Source of the DNA: Rhodospirillales bacterium
Lineage (GTDB): Bacteria; Pseudomonadota; Alphaproteobacteria; Kiloniellales; JACOMY01
DNA: 64,000 bases
Direction of reading: 5' to 3'
NCBI GenBank assembly: GCA_963669445.1
Contig: OY770029.1
Location: 5,029,133-5,093,132, forward strand
Of this stretch, positions 10,228 through 19,439 are shown in pieces. Both the position numbers and the translations under genes were made by a program. How positions within the stretch are numbered: position 1 is the first letter of the stretch; every line of letters begins with the position of its first letter. The notes below the pieces were generated by a model. That model was not told the DNA's origin. It did no database searches and saw only the letters and a list, made by a program, of their open reading frames with translations.

Positions 10228-10593
10228 ATGCAAAGCGACGCTCTCGGCTGGTGGTACAGGGTCTTGCATCTGGCGTTGACTCGCGAGCTGCCGGACCTCA
10301 CGACGCGGCAGCTGGCGCTGCTCATGCATGTGGCTCTGTTGCCCGGACCTCACACGGTACGCGGCCTGGCAGAAGCGCTGAAAGTCTCCAAACCGGCCGT
10401 GACCCGCGCCTTGGATCGCTTGGGTGCTGCCGGCTTTCTGGAACGCCAGCGCGATTCCATGGACCGTCGAAGCGTGATCGTGTCCCTGACGGAGGAAGGG
10501 CGGGCCTTTCTGGCTCGGCTGGAGGGTTTGGTGCTGGAGGCCGGAGCCTCACAGCAGGATACCCGCCCCAGGCCACGGGCGGCAGCCATCTAG
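10228..10593 (+). CDS. Short MarR/winged-helix family transcriptional regulator
   Basis: 121 aa. TVRGLAEALKVSKPAVTRALDRLGAAGFLERQRDSMDRRSVIVSLTEEG is a MarR-type wHTH. It sits directly upstream of rpoH on the same strand. Confidence 0.75.
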   Translation: MQSDALGWWYRVLHLALTRELPDLTTRQLALLMHVALLPGPHTVRGLAEALKVSKPAVTRALDRLGAAGFLERQRDSMDRRSVIVSLTEEGRAFLARLEGLVLEAGASQQDTRPRPRAAAI

Positions 10594-10709
10594 AGCAGGC
10601 CTCGGTCATCATTTGTTTATGCCAAGTGATCCGTCCAAGGGTGCGGGCTCGTAGAGACTGTTACATGAGACAGCCAGTAAGGCTGCTGCCCTGTGACAGG
10701 AGAGTCCAG

Positions 10710-11600
10710 ATGCATGTTGCGAGCAACCAAAGCGCTTTGAGCAGTGCCGATACGGCCTTCATCCGCAAAGCCATGGCAGCCCCTCTGCTGGCCCGCGATG
10801 AAGAGATCGAACTGGCCAAGTCCTGGCGCGACGACAACGAAGAATGGGCCCTCCATCGCCTGATCGACAGCCACATGCGTCTGGTCGCCGCCGTCGCTTC
10901 GCGCTATCGGGCCTATGGCCTCTCGATGCCGGACATGGTGCAGGAAGGTAGCCTCGGTCTGCTGCAGGCCGCCAACCGCTTCGATCCCGAGCGCGGCGTG
11001 CGTTTCAGCACCTATGCTTCCTGGTGGATCCGTTCCGCCATCCAGGACTACATCCTCAGGAACTGGTCGATCGTGCGCTCCGGCACGACCTCGACGCAGA
11101 AAAGCCTCTTCTTCAATCTGCGCCGGCTGCGTGCCCAGATCGAGCGCAGTACCGGACGCTCCCTGGACAGCGAAGGCCGGGAGACCATTGCGCAGGCCTT
11201 GAAAGTCGACCGGCGCGACGTCGAGATGATGGAAGGGCGCATCGGTGGCCCCGATCAATCCTTGAATGCAACCGTCGCCGAAGACACCGATCTGGAGCGC
11301 CAAGACCTGGTCAGCGACGAGCGTCCGGGACCCGAAGACCTGATCATCGGCATTCGCGATAGCGCGACACGCTCGCGCTGGCTGGCCGAGTGTTTGGAGG
11401 AACTGACCGCGCGCGAACGCGTGATCATCGAGCAGCGTCGCCTGCAAGAAGTCGGCCGTACTCTGGAAGACCTCGGCAAGGTACTGGGTGTCTCCAAAGA
11501 ACGGGTGCGGCAGCTCGAGAGCCGGGCGCTGAAAAAGCTTCAAGTCGCGCTTTCCAAGCGCGTCGAGGATCACGGGGATTTGCTGCTAGAAGACCAGTAG
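10710..11600 (+). CDS. rpoH: RNA polymerase sigma-32 (heat-shock) factor
   Basis: Internal ATG preceded by AGGAGA. The RpoH box is TQKSLFFNLRRLR. Region 2 is YGLSMPDMVQEGSLGLLQAANRFDPERGVRFSTYASWWIR. Region 4 is LGVSKERVRQLESRALKKL. Confidence 0.9.
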   Translation: MHVASNQSALSSADTAFIRKAMAAPLLARDEEIELAKSWRDDNEEWALHRLIDSHMRLVAAVASRYRAYGLSMPDMVQEGSLGLLQAANRFDPERGVRFSTYASWWIRSAIQDYILRNWSIVRSGTTSTQKSLFFNLRRLRAQIERSTGRSLDSEGRETIAQALKVDRRDVEMMEGRIGGPDQSLNATVAEDTDLERQDLVSDERPGPEDLIIGIRDSATRSRWLAECLEELTARERVIIEQRRLQEVGRTLEDLGKVLGVSKERVRQLESRALKKLQVALSKRVEDHGDLLLEDQ

Positions 11601-11711
11601 AGTCTCGGGCAGTTTGCCGGAGTGCCCTCAGTGTCCCTTTGAGAATGGGCTGACAAGCCCACGCTCTTAGGCTTGGGTGGTGGCCGGTGCAGTGCATTCT
11701 CAAACAAGCCC

Positions 11712-12488
11712 TCAGTCCTCTGTACCGTCGGGCTGAAGATGTTCCAGGACTTCGATTTGGGCAGGGTTGTGCAGCTCAAGGAAGGGCCCGTTCCAACTCT
11801 GTATGCGGCCGCGCAAGCGCACATTACGTCCTGTGAGAGCGGAAAGATCGATTCCGGCATTCTCGAAGCGACGGCGATCTCGGCGTAGAACACGAGCCGT
11901 GGTATCGCTCTTCCAGTCTTCGCCGAAGTTGAGATAGATGTTACCGCCGCCCTCGCCGACCGCAGCGACCTCGCCTTCGATCACCTGCAGACTTCCCTCC
12001 CAAGGCAGCAACTCTTGCGATAGGATCGAGCGCAGCCGGTAGGCCGGGTGCGACCAGAGGCCAAGCCCTTCCTCGCGCGCCTCGGCTTCGAGGGCATAGA
12101 GTGCTGCCAGCTTGTCGAAGGGTGCCGTGAAGGGGTCGACGCGTGCATGTCCCCAACGCAGCAGCTGTCCCTGCAGCCACAAACCGTCCTCTCGTCGAAA
12201 GGCTTGCACCAGATCGCGGCCAAGTCGATCACTCCCCGGCTCTTCGGGATGCAGCACCAGACTCTGCCCATCCAGCAGTCCCTCCAACGCCCGCTCGGCA
12301 GCCCGCCGCGCACCCGCGTGCTCGGGCAAGGCCACCTCAATCCCGGCAAGGCGGACCAGCTGACCATCGTCCAGTCGCAGCAGTGCCGGCGAGACCAGGG
12401 CCTCGACCCGCACTTCAACCTGGGCTTCGGCCGCAAGCGGTAACAAGAGCAGCAGCAGAAGCCAGACATACAAGCAACGCATGCTCAA
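11712..12488 (-). CDS. Secreted thermonuclease (SNase-like) family protein
   Basis: Poly-Leu signal peptide MSMRCLYVWLLLLLLLPLAAEAQ. An SNase-like segment runs LVRLAGIE ... GRDLVQAF ... LLRWGHARV ... LEAEAREEGLGLW. Confidence 0.7.
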   Translation of the reverse strand: MSMRCLYVWLLLLLLLPLAAEAQVEVRVEALVSPALLRLDDGQLVRLAGIEVALPEHAGARRAAERALEGLLDGQSLVLHPEEPGSDRLGRDLVQAFRREDGLWLQGQLLRWGHARVDPFTAPFDKLAALYALEAEAREEGLGLWSHPAYRLRSILSQELLPWEGSLQVIEGEVAAVGEGGGNIYLNFGEDWKSDTTARVLRRDRRRFENAGIDLSALTGRNVRLRGRIQSWNGPFLELHNPAQIEVLEHLQPDGTED

Positions 12489-12832
12489 ATCCCCTGTCTG
12501 GCACCAACCAAGGCTAGTGGGCAGAACGGCTTGCTGCCAATAGGCCTTGGATTCAAGGGATGTGCCTTAAGCGTCGCACCACTTGGATGACGTCTCTGGT
12601 CACCCCTGCCCAACCCCTACGCGCAGAAGATAAAATGATCTTTCGGGCGACAAAAGCAAAATCGAATCTGCATTCAACAAAAATAGAGCTTTGCATGCAC
12701 TATGATTTCATCTGACCTTCTGATCAGGTTTCATAATGTCATTCTAAGGGGTATCGGGGAGCAGCGACATCAGAATGCGCAGGGCCTTTGGCACCAATAC
12801 CAGACATTTGGAAGAAGGTAGGTATCTGATCT

Positions 12833-13066
12833 ATGGCGAGAGAGACCGGAAACGAAAACAACTACCCGATCGCCGGAACCGACAATCCTGACTTTCTCTA
12901 CGGGCTTGGCGGGGACGACACGCTGGTCGGCCGCGCCGACGTCGATAGTATGTTCGGCGGTTACTGCAGAAACTTCTCGTTGGACGGTGACGCAAGCGCC
13001 GACATCACCGTCCGCATCAATGGCTTCAGCGGCGGCGACAGGCCGACCGCAAGCGACTTCGTCTGA
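12833..13066 (+). CDS. Hypothetical 77-aa mini RTX-motif protein, or a remnant of an RTX paralog
   Basis: One RTX nonapeptide region (LYGLGGDDTLVG). The C-terminus DGDASADITVRINGFSGGDRPTASDFV resembles the C-terminus of the large RTX protein at 32379-33920. AAGGTAGG lies about 10 nt upstream of the ATG. It lies at the downstream edge of a low-GC gap. Confidence 0.4.
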   Translation: MARETGNENNYPIAGTDNPDFLYGLGGDDTLVGRADVDSMFGGYCRNFSLDGDASADITVRINGFSGGDRPTASDFV

Positions 13067-13128
13067 TTGTAGCCAGCAAAGAAGCCTTCGGACCGTCGTT
13101 TGAGGGTGGGCCTTGCAGCCCACTCTCG

Positions 13129-14136
13129 CTACCAGGTCAGCGTCGTCTTGCCGATGGCGCCGCCGCTTTCCTGCAGAGCATGCGCCTTGCGGAGGCTCTC
13201 CGCCGTGATCACACCGCCGTCGTGGTTTGCCGTCGTCTGCAGCACGGACCTCTCGACCAGCTCTGCTACCCGGTCAAGCAAGCGGTGTTGCTCGATCATG
13301 TCGTCGGTCTGGAAGAGCGAGCGCGCGAACATGAACTCCCAGTGCAGCGACGCAGCCTTCGGTTTGATCAAGGAGATGTCGATCGCTTTGGGATCAGGAT
13401 CGTCGATCAAGCCGATCTTGCCCTGAGGCGCCAGCATCTGGGCATAGCTCGGGAAGTGCTGTTCGCTGCCCGTCAGGCCGGCAATGTAATGGGGTGCGCT
13501 GCCAAGCGCTGTCATCTGGGCCGCCAGATCGCCCCGATGATCGACGATGTGATGGGAACCCATCTTCTCCACCCAAGTCCGCGTCTCGGGACGAGAGGCT
13601 GTCGCCACGACCGTCAGCTTCGTCAGCTGTCTGGCAAGCTGAACCAGGATCGAGCCGACGCCGCCGGCGCCGCCGACCACCAGCAAGGTCTTGCCCTCGC
13701 CGCCTCCTTCTTCCACTGAGAAGCGATCGAACAGCAGTTCCCAGGCGGTTATCGCCGTCAGCGGCAGGGCGGCGGCATCGGCATGCGATAGCGTCTTCGG
13801 CTTGCGGCCGACAATCCGCTCGTCCACGGCATGCAGACTGCTGTTGGTGCCTGGACGGTCGATCGCGCCAGCGTAGAAGACCGCATCGCCAGCTTGGAAG
13901 AGAGTGACCTCACCACCCACAGCGCGCACGACCCCCGACGCATCGTAGCCCAGCACTTTGGGGCCGTCATTAGGCTGTGCGCGCATGCGAACCTTCACGT
14001 CGACCGGGTTGACCGAGATGGCCTTAACCTCGACCAGCAGATCTCGCGGCCCGAAGCTCGGTTCGGGCAGATCAAACTCCTGTAAGGACAGCGGGTTGGA
14101 AATCTCCAAACTCTCCAGATATCCGATTGCTTTCAT
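13129..14136 (-). CDS. Zinc-binding alcohol dehydrogenase / quinone oxidoreductase family (MDR) protein
   Basis: Start at MKAIGYLESL. Contains LLVEVKAISVNPVDVKVR and the nucleotide-binding motif LLVVGGAGGVGSILVQLA. Confidence 0.85.
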   Translation of the reverse strand: MKAIGYLESLEISNPLSLQEFDLPEPSFGPRDLLVEVKAISVNPVDVKVRMRAQPNDGPKVLGYDASGVVRAVGGEVTLFQAGDAVFYAGAIDRPGTNSSLHAVDERIVGRKPKTLSHADAAALPLTAITAWELLFDRFSVEEGGGEGKTLLVVGGAGGVGSILVQLARQLTKLTVVATASRPETRTWVEKMGSHHIVDHRGDLAAQMTALGSAPHYIAGLTGSEQHFPSYAQMLAPQGKIGLIDDPDPKAIDISLIKPKAASLHWEFMFARSLFQTDDMIEQHRLLDRVAELVERSVLQTTANHDGGVITAESLRKAHALQESGGAIGKTTLTW

Positions 14137-14207
14137 GACGGTCCCTTGCTCGCGTGACATTCGAAAGCAGGCATATGGATCATAGCTACATTTTGGACAA
14201 GTACGCA

Positions 14208-14233
14208 CTTTTTTGGCCTATAGGCACAAAAAG
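14208..14233. promoter_or_regulatory. Imperfect 26-bp palindrome, candidate HxlR operator in a divergent promoter region
   Basis: CTTTTTTGGCCTA|TAGGCACAAAAAG matches 11 of 13 positions between half-sites. It lies between the MDR dehydrogenase start (14136) and the hxlR-like start (14323). Confidence 0.3.
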
Positions 14234-14322
14234 GATACCGTCATCTGCTTGCGATAATACGATTGAGACGCTACCTTTTCAGGTTTGGCGCGTTCCTCCC
14301 ATTACCGACAGGTAGGCACACA

Positions 14323-14703
14323 ATGGATACTGTAACGGCAAAAGGTTCTGACCGCCGCCAGCGCTATGACAGCTATGACTGTAGCCAAGGCTGTCCAGTC
14401 GAAGCCGCCCTTGAGCTGATCGGCGGCAAGTGGAAGGGGCTCGTCCTCTATCACCTGATGGGCGGTACGGTCCGCTTCAACGAGCTGAAGCGCCACGTCG
14501 GTGATGTCACGCAGCGTATGCTGACTAGGCAACTCCGCGAGTTGGAGAGCGATGGCCTGGTCAGGCGTGAAGTCTATCCAGTGGTTCCGCCCAAGGTCGA
14601 GTACAGCCTGACGGAAAAAGGCGAGAGCTTGCGACCAATCGTGATGGCTTTGCGGGAATGGGGCCTTAAGAACGCGCTTCCGAAGACTGCAACCTCACGC
14701 TAA
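14323..14703 (+). CDS. HxlR family transcriptional regulator
   Basis: [29 protein letters not shown] ... [24 protein letters not shown] and [12 protein letters not shown] make up the canonical HxlR pattern. Confidence 0.85.
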   Translation: MDTVTAKGSDRRQRYDSYDCSQGCPVEAALELIGGKWKGLVLYHLMGGTVRFNELKRHVGDVTQRMLTRQLRELESDGLVRREVYPVVPPKVEYSLTEKGESLRPIVMALREWGLKNALPKTATSR

Positions 14704-14754
14704 CTCACTCCCTCCAGTCGATCGCAAGCGAAGGAAGCAGTGCTGGGGCGCGGC

Positions 14755-16155
14755 TCAGAACGCGGGTAGCGGCAAGGCGAAACCGAGGACTGGCACAAGC
14801 TTCTGAGCCAGGTCGAGAATACCGCTCTCGTCATACCAACGCCCAACGACCTGGAGGCCGATCGGCAAGCCTTCGCCGGTCCAGCCGCAAGGGAGCGACA
14901 GCGCGGGATGGCCGGTCAGATTCATCGGAAAGGTGTAGGGATACCAGCCAGCCCTGATACGGCCGCAGTTCTTGCCAGCGATGACGACATCGTCGTGAGT
15001 GTTGGTATCGGCTGGGACAGAGGCGGCAGCCAGGGTCGGCGTGACGATGTAGTCGAGCCGATCGAAAACAGACTCGATCAAGCGATAGAGGTCCGAGCGC
15101 GCGGCTGTCGCCGCCTGAACCTCGACGCCGTTGCGTGCAAGACCGTACTCCACCGTCTCGACGAAGCTCGGATCGAACAGCTCCGCCTGCTCTCGCACGC
15201 GCTTGGCCGTACGGGCGGCCAGCAGCGACTCCAGGATCGTTCGCAAGTCGGGCTCATAACAGGCAAAGTCGATCTCCAACTGCTCGATCTCCGCGCCGAG
15301 TTCGGCGAGCGCAGCCACCGCAGATTCGACCGCGGCGGCAACCTCTGCCTCGATCGCCAGATTGCCGACCTTGAGTGCAAAGCCAATGCGTAGGCTCTGG
15401 CGCCGGCTGGCTTGGGTGAGTGCCTTGGACCAGGGGTCGCCCGCCGCCTCTCCTTTCAGAACCCCATACATTAAGCGCAGATCCTCGAGACTTCGCGTCA
15501 TCGGACCGATGTAGGAATTGTTGGCGAAGAGGTCTGGCGCCTGGGTGTGAGGAATTTGGCCGAGTGTCGCCTTAAGCCCATAGAGCCCGCACACACTGGC
15601 AGGAATGCGTACCGATCCGCCGCCGTCAGTTCCAAGCGCGATCGGCACCTGGCGCGCGGCCACCGAGACCGCGGCACCACCGGATGACCCGCCGCTGGTG
15701 TAGCGGCGGTTGAAGGGATTGAGTGTCTGGCCGAACAGCGGGCTCTCGGTGATCGCCTTGTGGCCGAACTCCGGTGTCGTCGTCTTGCCGACGATCACTG
15801 CACCGGCGGCGCGCAACCGGGCGACCGGAACGGCATCGCCCGGCGCTGTCGTTCCGGCATAGGCCCTGGAGCCGAAGGAGGTCGGCATGCCGGCAACATG
15901 GGTCAAGTCCTTCACCGAAACGGGAACGCCGGCAAGGTCACCGACGAGCTCACCGGCAGCCAAACGCCGGTCGATCGCATCGGCCGCCGCGCGGGCACCT
16001 TCACGATCCAGGTGAACGAAGGCATTCGCGTCAGGCTCGCTTGCCTCAATGCGCTGCAGGGCCAGATCGGTCACCCTGCGAGCCGAGACGACACCCGTCC
16101 TAACCCGATGGGCGATCTCAGTGGCTGAAAGGGCGAGATAGTCGGTTTCTTGCAT
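14755..16155 (-). CDS. Amidase (amidase-signature family)
   Basis: AS signature TSGGSSGGAAVSVAA ... GTDGGGSVRIPAS. 466 aa. Last gene of the MarR-headed operon. Confidence 0.9.
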   Translation of the reverse strand: MQETDYLALSATEIAHRVRTGVVSARRVTDLALQRIEASEPDANAFVHLDREGARAAADAIDRRLAAGELVGDLAGVPVSVKDLTHVAGMPTSFGSRAYAGTTAPGDAVPVARLRAAGAVIVGKTTTPEFGHKAITESPLFGQTLNPFNRRYTSGGSSGGAAVSVAARQVPIALGTDGGGSVRIPASVCGLYGLKATLGQIPHTQAPDLFANNSYIGPMTRSLEDLRLMYGVLKGEAAGDPWSKALTQASRRQSLRIGFALKVGNLAIEAEVAAAVESAVAALAELGAEIEQLEIDFACYEPDLRTILESLLAARTAKRVREQAELFDPSFVETVEYGLARNGVEVQAATAARSDLYRLIESVFDRLDYIVTPTLAAASVPADTNTHDDVVIAGKNCGRIRAGWYPYTFPMNLTGHPALSLPCGWTGEGLPIGLQVVGRWYDESGILDLAQKLVPVLGFALPLPAF

Positions 16156-16162
16156 CCTGTCC

Positions 16163-16921
16163 TCAAATCATCCAACGCCCGCCGTCGATCAGCAGGGTTT
16201 GACCGGTGATGTAACGGCTGGCAGGGCTCGCCAGGAAGACCACGACGTTGGCGACGTCCTCAGGCTCGGCGACATAACCCAGTGGGACGGTCTGGCGGAT
16301 CTTGTCGATCACCTCCGGCGGCAGGCGGTCATGCGCGCGGGTTCGAATGGCACCGGGAGCGATCGCGTTCACCGCCACGCCGGCCGGCGCCAACTCGCGC
16401 GCCAGCGAACGGGTGAATCCAATGACTCCCATCTTGGCGGCCGCATAGTCGGCAAGGCCGACGTCGCCGTAGAAAGCCGAGTGCGTCGACATATTGATGA
16501 TCCGCCCCTGCTTGCGCGCCACCATGCCTGGCGCCACGCGCCGACTTGTCCGCATGGCGGTCACAAGCGAGATTTCCAAGACGAAACGCCAGGTTTCCTC
16601 ATCGGACTCGATGAAGGGACCTGCCCGATCCCGAGCGCTCTGGCCAAGGTTGTTGAAGAGAACATCGATCGGGCCGAGTTCGGCTTCCATATGTTCGATT
16701 GCCTCTTCGACCTTCGCGGCTTCTGTGCAATCGAGTGCGATCGCTTCCGCACGTCGGCCAAGGTTTCTGACTGCGTCAGCAAGGCTGCTCAACGGCTCCG
16801 CTTCGAGGTCCAATAGAGCGAGATCTGCGCCGGCCTCGGCCAAGGCCAGAGCACTGGCGCGCCCGATGCCGTTGGCAGCACCGGTTACCAGCGCAACCCC
16901 GCCGACCGCGAAAGCTGTCAT
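16163..16921 (-). CDS. SDR family oxidoreductase
   Basis: Contains TGAANGIGRA and YAAAKMGVIGFTRSLA (YxxxK). 252 aa. Confidence 0.9.
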   Translation of the reverse strand: MTAFAVGGVALVTGAANGIGRASALALAEAGADLALLDLEAEPLSSLADAVRNLGRRAEAIALDCTEAAKVEEAIEHMEAELGPIDVLFNNLGQSARDRAGPFIESDEETWRFVLEISLVTAMRTSRRVAPGMVARKQGRIINMSTHSAFYGDVGLADYAAAKMGVIGFTRSLARELAPAGVAVNAIAPGAIRTRAHDRLPPEVIDKIRQTVPLGYVAEPEDVANVVVFLASPASRYITGQTLLIDGGRWMI

Positions 16922-16934
16922 GACTTCACCTCCG

Positions 16935-17726
16935 TCAATGAAAGCTCCGTCCGCCGTCGACCGCCAAGGCCGTGCCGGTGACCATGGCAGAGTCGGCTGA
17001 GCTTAGGTAGAGAGCCGCTTTGGCAATGTCCTCTGGTTTGCCGATGCGGCGGATCAGGTAGCGATCGAGGATTCGTTCCAACTCGGCCTCGCGGTCTTCG
17101 GCACCTTCCAGCGATTGGCGGAACAAGGGCGTCTCGATGATCCCCGGGCAGAGGGCATTGACCCGGATTTCGAAGGGCGCGAGATCAATCGCCAAGGCCT
17201 TTGCAAACATCACCAGGCCGGCTTTCGCGGCGCAGTAGGCAGTCCGCGCCGCAAGCGGGCGCAGCGCAGCACCGGAGGCGACCTGGACGATGGTGCCACC
17301 ACCGGCGGCGCGCAGGTGCGGTACGGCAGCGGAGGTGAGGCTGAAGGCGCCGGTTAGATTGGTGTCGAGGACTTGACGCCACTCTGCGATACCCATCTCC
17401 TCGAAGGGCTTCAGCAGATCGATACCAGCCGCACCGACCAAGCCATCCAGTCCACCGAGACTATCGCTTGCTTCCTCGACGGCTGCTGCAACCTCACTAT
17501 GCTCCGTCAGATCGGCAGTCAGCGTGACGATGCGGCCACCCTCACCTGCCCCAAGCTCTTCCCCGGTCTCGGCAAGCAAGGCCTCGTCGCGGTCCAGCAG
17601 TGCAACACCGGCTCCCTCCGCCTGGAACAGGGCAGCGGTGGCACGGCCGATGCCCGATGCCGCGCCGGACACCAGAAAGCGTCGTCCTTCCAGCCTCAGG
17701 GCAGCAGAAGGGCGGTTAGGCGGCAT
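16935..17726 (-). CDS. SDR family oxidoreductase
   Basis: Contains SGAASGIGRA and YCAAKAGLVMFAKALA (YxxxK). 263 aa. Confidence 0.9.
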   Translation of the reverse strand: MPPNRPSAALRLEGRRFLVSGAASGIGRATAALFQAEGAGVALLDRDEALLAETGEELGAGEGGRIVTLTADLTEHSEVAAAVEEASDSLGGLDGLVGAAGIDLLKPFEEMGIAEWRQVLDTNLTGAFSLTSAAVPHLRAAGGGTIVQVASGAALRPLAARTAYCAAKAGLVMFAKALAIDLAPFEIRVNALCPGIIETPLFRQSLEGAEDREAELERILDRYLIRRIGKPEDIAKAALYLSSADSAMVTGTALAVDGGRSFH

Positions 17727-17747
17727 GGTTCGAAACTCCCGAATACA

Positions 17748-18566
17748 TCAAGCAAAGCGGTGAAAGCCGACCCAACGCTCGGCGAGGACGAGCGCCAGGC
17801 CGGTCGCCATGATCAGCATGGTCGAGATGGCGGCAATGCCGGGGTCTATGCCATGCTCGACAGCCGAGAAGATCTTCACCGGAAGAGTCGTCTGACGCAC
17901 GCTCACCAGGAAGATCGACACCGGCACATTGTCGAAGGAGACAATAAAGGAGAAGATGCCGCCGGCCACCAGACCCGGCTTGATGAGCGGCAGAGTGGTC
18001 TTGGCAAAAGCAGTCCAGGCATCCGCACCAAGTGTCCGTGCGGCCTCTTCCAGCGCGGGGTCGGAACCGGCAACGCTGGCCAGCACGCTGCGCACCACGT
18101 AGGGCAAGGTGATTAGGACATGGGCAACCGCAAGGGCGCCGAAGCTGCCACGCACGCCGACCAAGGTATAGTACTGCAACAATGCCACGGCGACGACGAC
18201 GGCCGGAAAGACCAGAGGTGCCATGAGTGCCGTTGAGATCGCTTCCGATCCCGGCACCTTGCGGCGGACCAGGGCATAGGCTGCGGCAGTGCCAAGGACC
18301 AATGAGACCAGCGTGGCGGCACAAGCAAGCGCTAAGCTGTAGAGAATGGCGTCGATGTAGGCGCCGTCGCCCAGTACGTCCCAATACCAGTCCAGGGTAA
18401 GCCCGACCGGTGGCACTGTCAGATAGGACGTCGTCGTGACCGAGGCCAAGACGATGACGATCACTGGGATCTGCAGGAACAGCAGAACCAATGCCGAATA
18501 GAGCGGCAGCGCCGACCCGGACAGGGTGCGCGCGATGCGATGGCTGAGTGGAGGGCCTTCTCTCAT
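17748..18566 (-). CDS. ABC transporter permease (PotC-like)
   Basis: Multi-TM protein with EEAARTLGADAWTAFAKTTLPLIKPG (EAA loop). Its ATG overlaps the upstream permease stop (ATGA). Confidence 0.85.
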   Translation of the reverse strand: MREGPPLSHRIARTLSGSALPLYSALVLLFLQIPVIVIVLASVTTTSYLTVPPVGLTLDWYWDVLGDGAYIDAILYSLALACAATLVSLVLGTAAAYALVRRKVPGSEAISTALMAPLVFPAVVVAVALLQYYTLVGVRGSFGALAVAHVLITLPYVVRSVLASVAGSDPALEEAARTLGADAWTAFAKTTLPLIKPGLVAGGIFSFIVSFDNVPVSIFLVSVRQTTLPVKIFSAVEHGIDPGIAAISTMLIMATGLALVLAERWVGFHRFA

Positions 18567-19429
18567 CGGATCGTCGAGAAGTAGTTGGCAAGCCGCCCGA
18601 AAACCCAGACCAGCATCAGAACGATCGCAGTCAGGATGAAGGCCATCGCCGCACCGCGCGGCCAATTCAGGCTCTTCAAGAACTCGTCGAAGATCAGGGT
18701 CGACATGACTTGATAGGTCGGCCCGCCCAGCAAGCGCGGCGTCACCAGGGCGCTGATCGTCAGCATGAAGACCAGGATGCTGCCCGAGAGTATGCCCGAG
18801 AGGCTGAGCGGCAGGGTCACCTTAGTAAAGACTTCGCGCCGGGTCGCCCCCAGGGTCTTGGCGGCTCCCTCCAGGTCGCGCGGGATGTTCTGAATGGTGC
18901 CGATCAGCACCAGCACCATGAAGGGCAGGAAGATGTGGCTGAGCCCGATCAAGAGGCCGGTGAAGTTGAACAGCAGTTGGATCGGCTTTTCGATCAGGTC
19001 CAAGGCGATCAACCAATCGTTGACCAGTCCGCGCCTGGTCAGCAGTACGATCCACCCGAAGGAACGAACGACCAGATTGAGCAACAGCGGAAAGACCACG
19101 AGGATGATCAGCCAAGGCCGAAGCCGCGAGTTCGTGCGCGCCAGAAAGTAAGCCAGCGGGTAGCCCACCAGCAAAGTGACCACGACCACGATCAGGCCAA
19201 GCGCCAGGGTCCGCCCGATGATCTCTAGATAGAAGGAATCGCCCAGGATGTGGGTGTAGTTCTCGAGAGTCCAACTGGCCCCGATTCCCTGGCCGGGGAC
19301 ATAGGGGTGCAGGCTGGTCGGCACCAAGAACAACAGCGGTGCGACGAAGACGCCAAGCAGGACCAAGAGCGCTGGCGACAACAGTCCATAGCCGGAGCGA
19401 TCGAGCCAAGCTGTAGCACCGACCCTCAT
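18563..19429 (-). CDS. ABC transporter permease (PotB-like)
   Basis: Multi-TM protein with EGAAKTLGATRREVFTKVTLPLSLSG (EAA loop). Confidence 0.85.
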   Translation of the reverse strand: MRVGATAWLDRSGYGLLSPALLVLLGVFVAPLLFLVPTSLHPYVPGQGIGASWTLENYTHILGDSFYLEIIGRTLALGLIVVVVTLLVGYPLAYFLARTNSRLRPWLIILVVFPLLLNLVVRSFGWIVLLTRRGLVNDWLIALDLIEKPIQLLFNFTGLLIGLSHIFLPFMVLVLIGTIQNIPRDLEGAAKTLGATRREVFTKVTLPLSLSGILSGSILVFMLTISALVTPRLLGGPTYQVMSTLIFDEFLKSLNWPRGAAMAFILTAIVLMLVWVFGRLANYFSTIR

Positions 19430-19439
19430 GATCGCGCTC

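Noticed and set aside
10185-10709. 5' extension of the rpoH ORF (471-aa track ORF)
   Set aside because: The extension overlaps the MarR-type gene in another frame and is Arg/Gly/Pro-rich. The internal ATG at 10710 has an AGGAGA RBS and gives a normal-length sigma-32.
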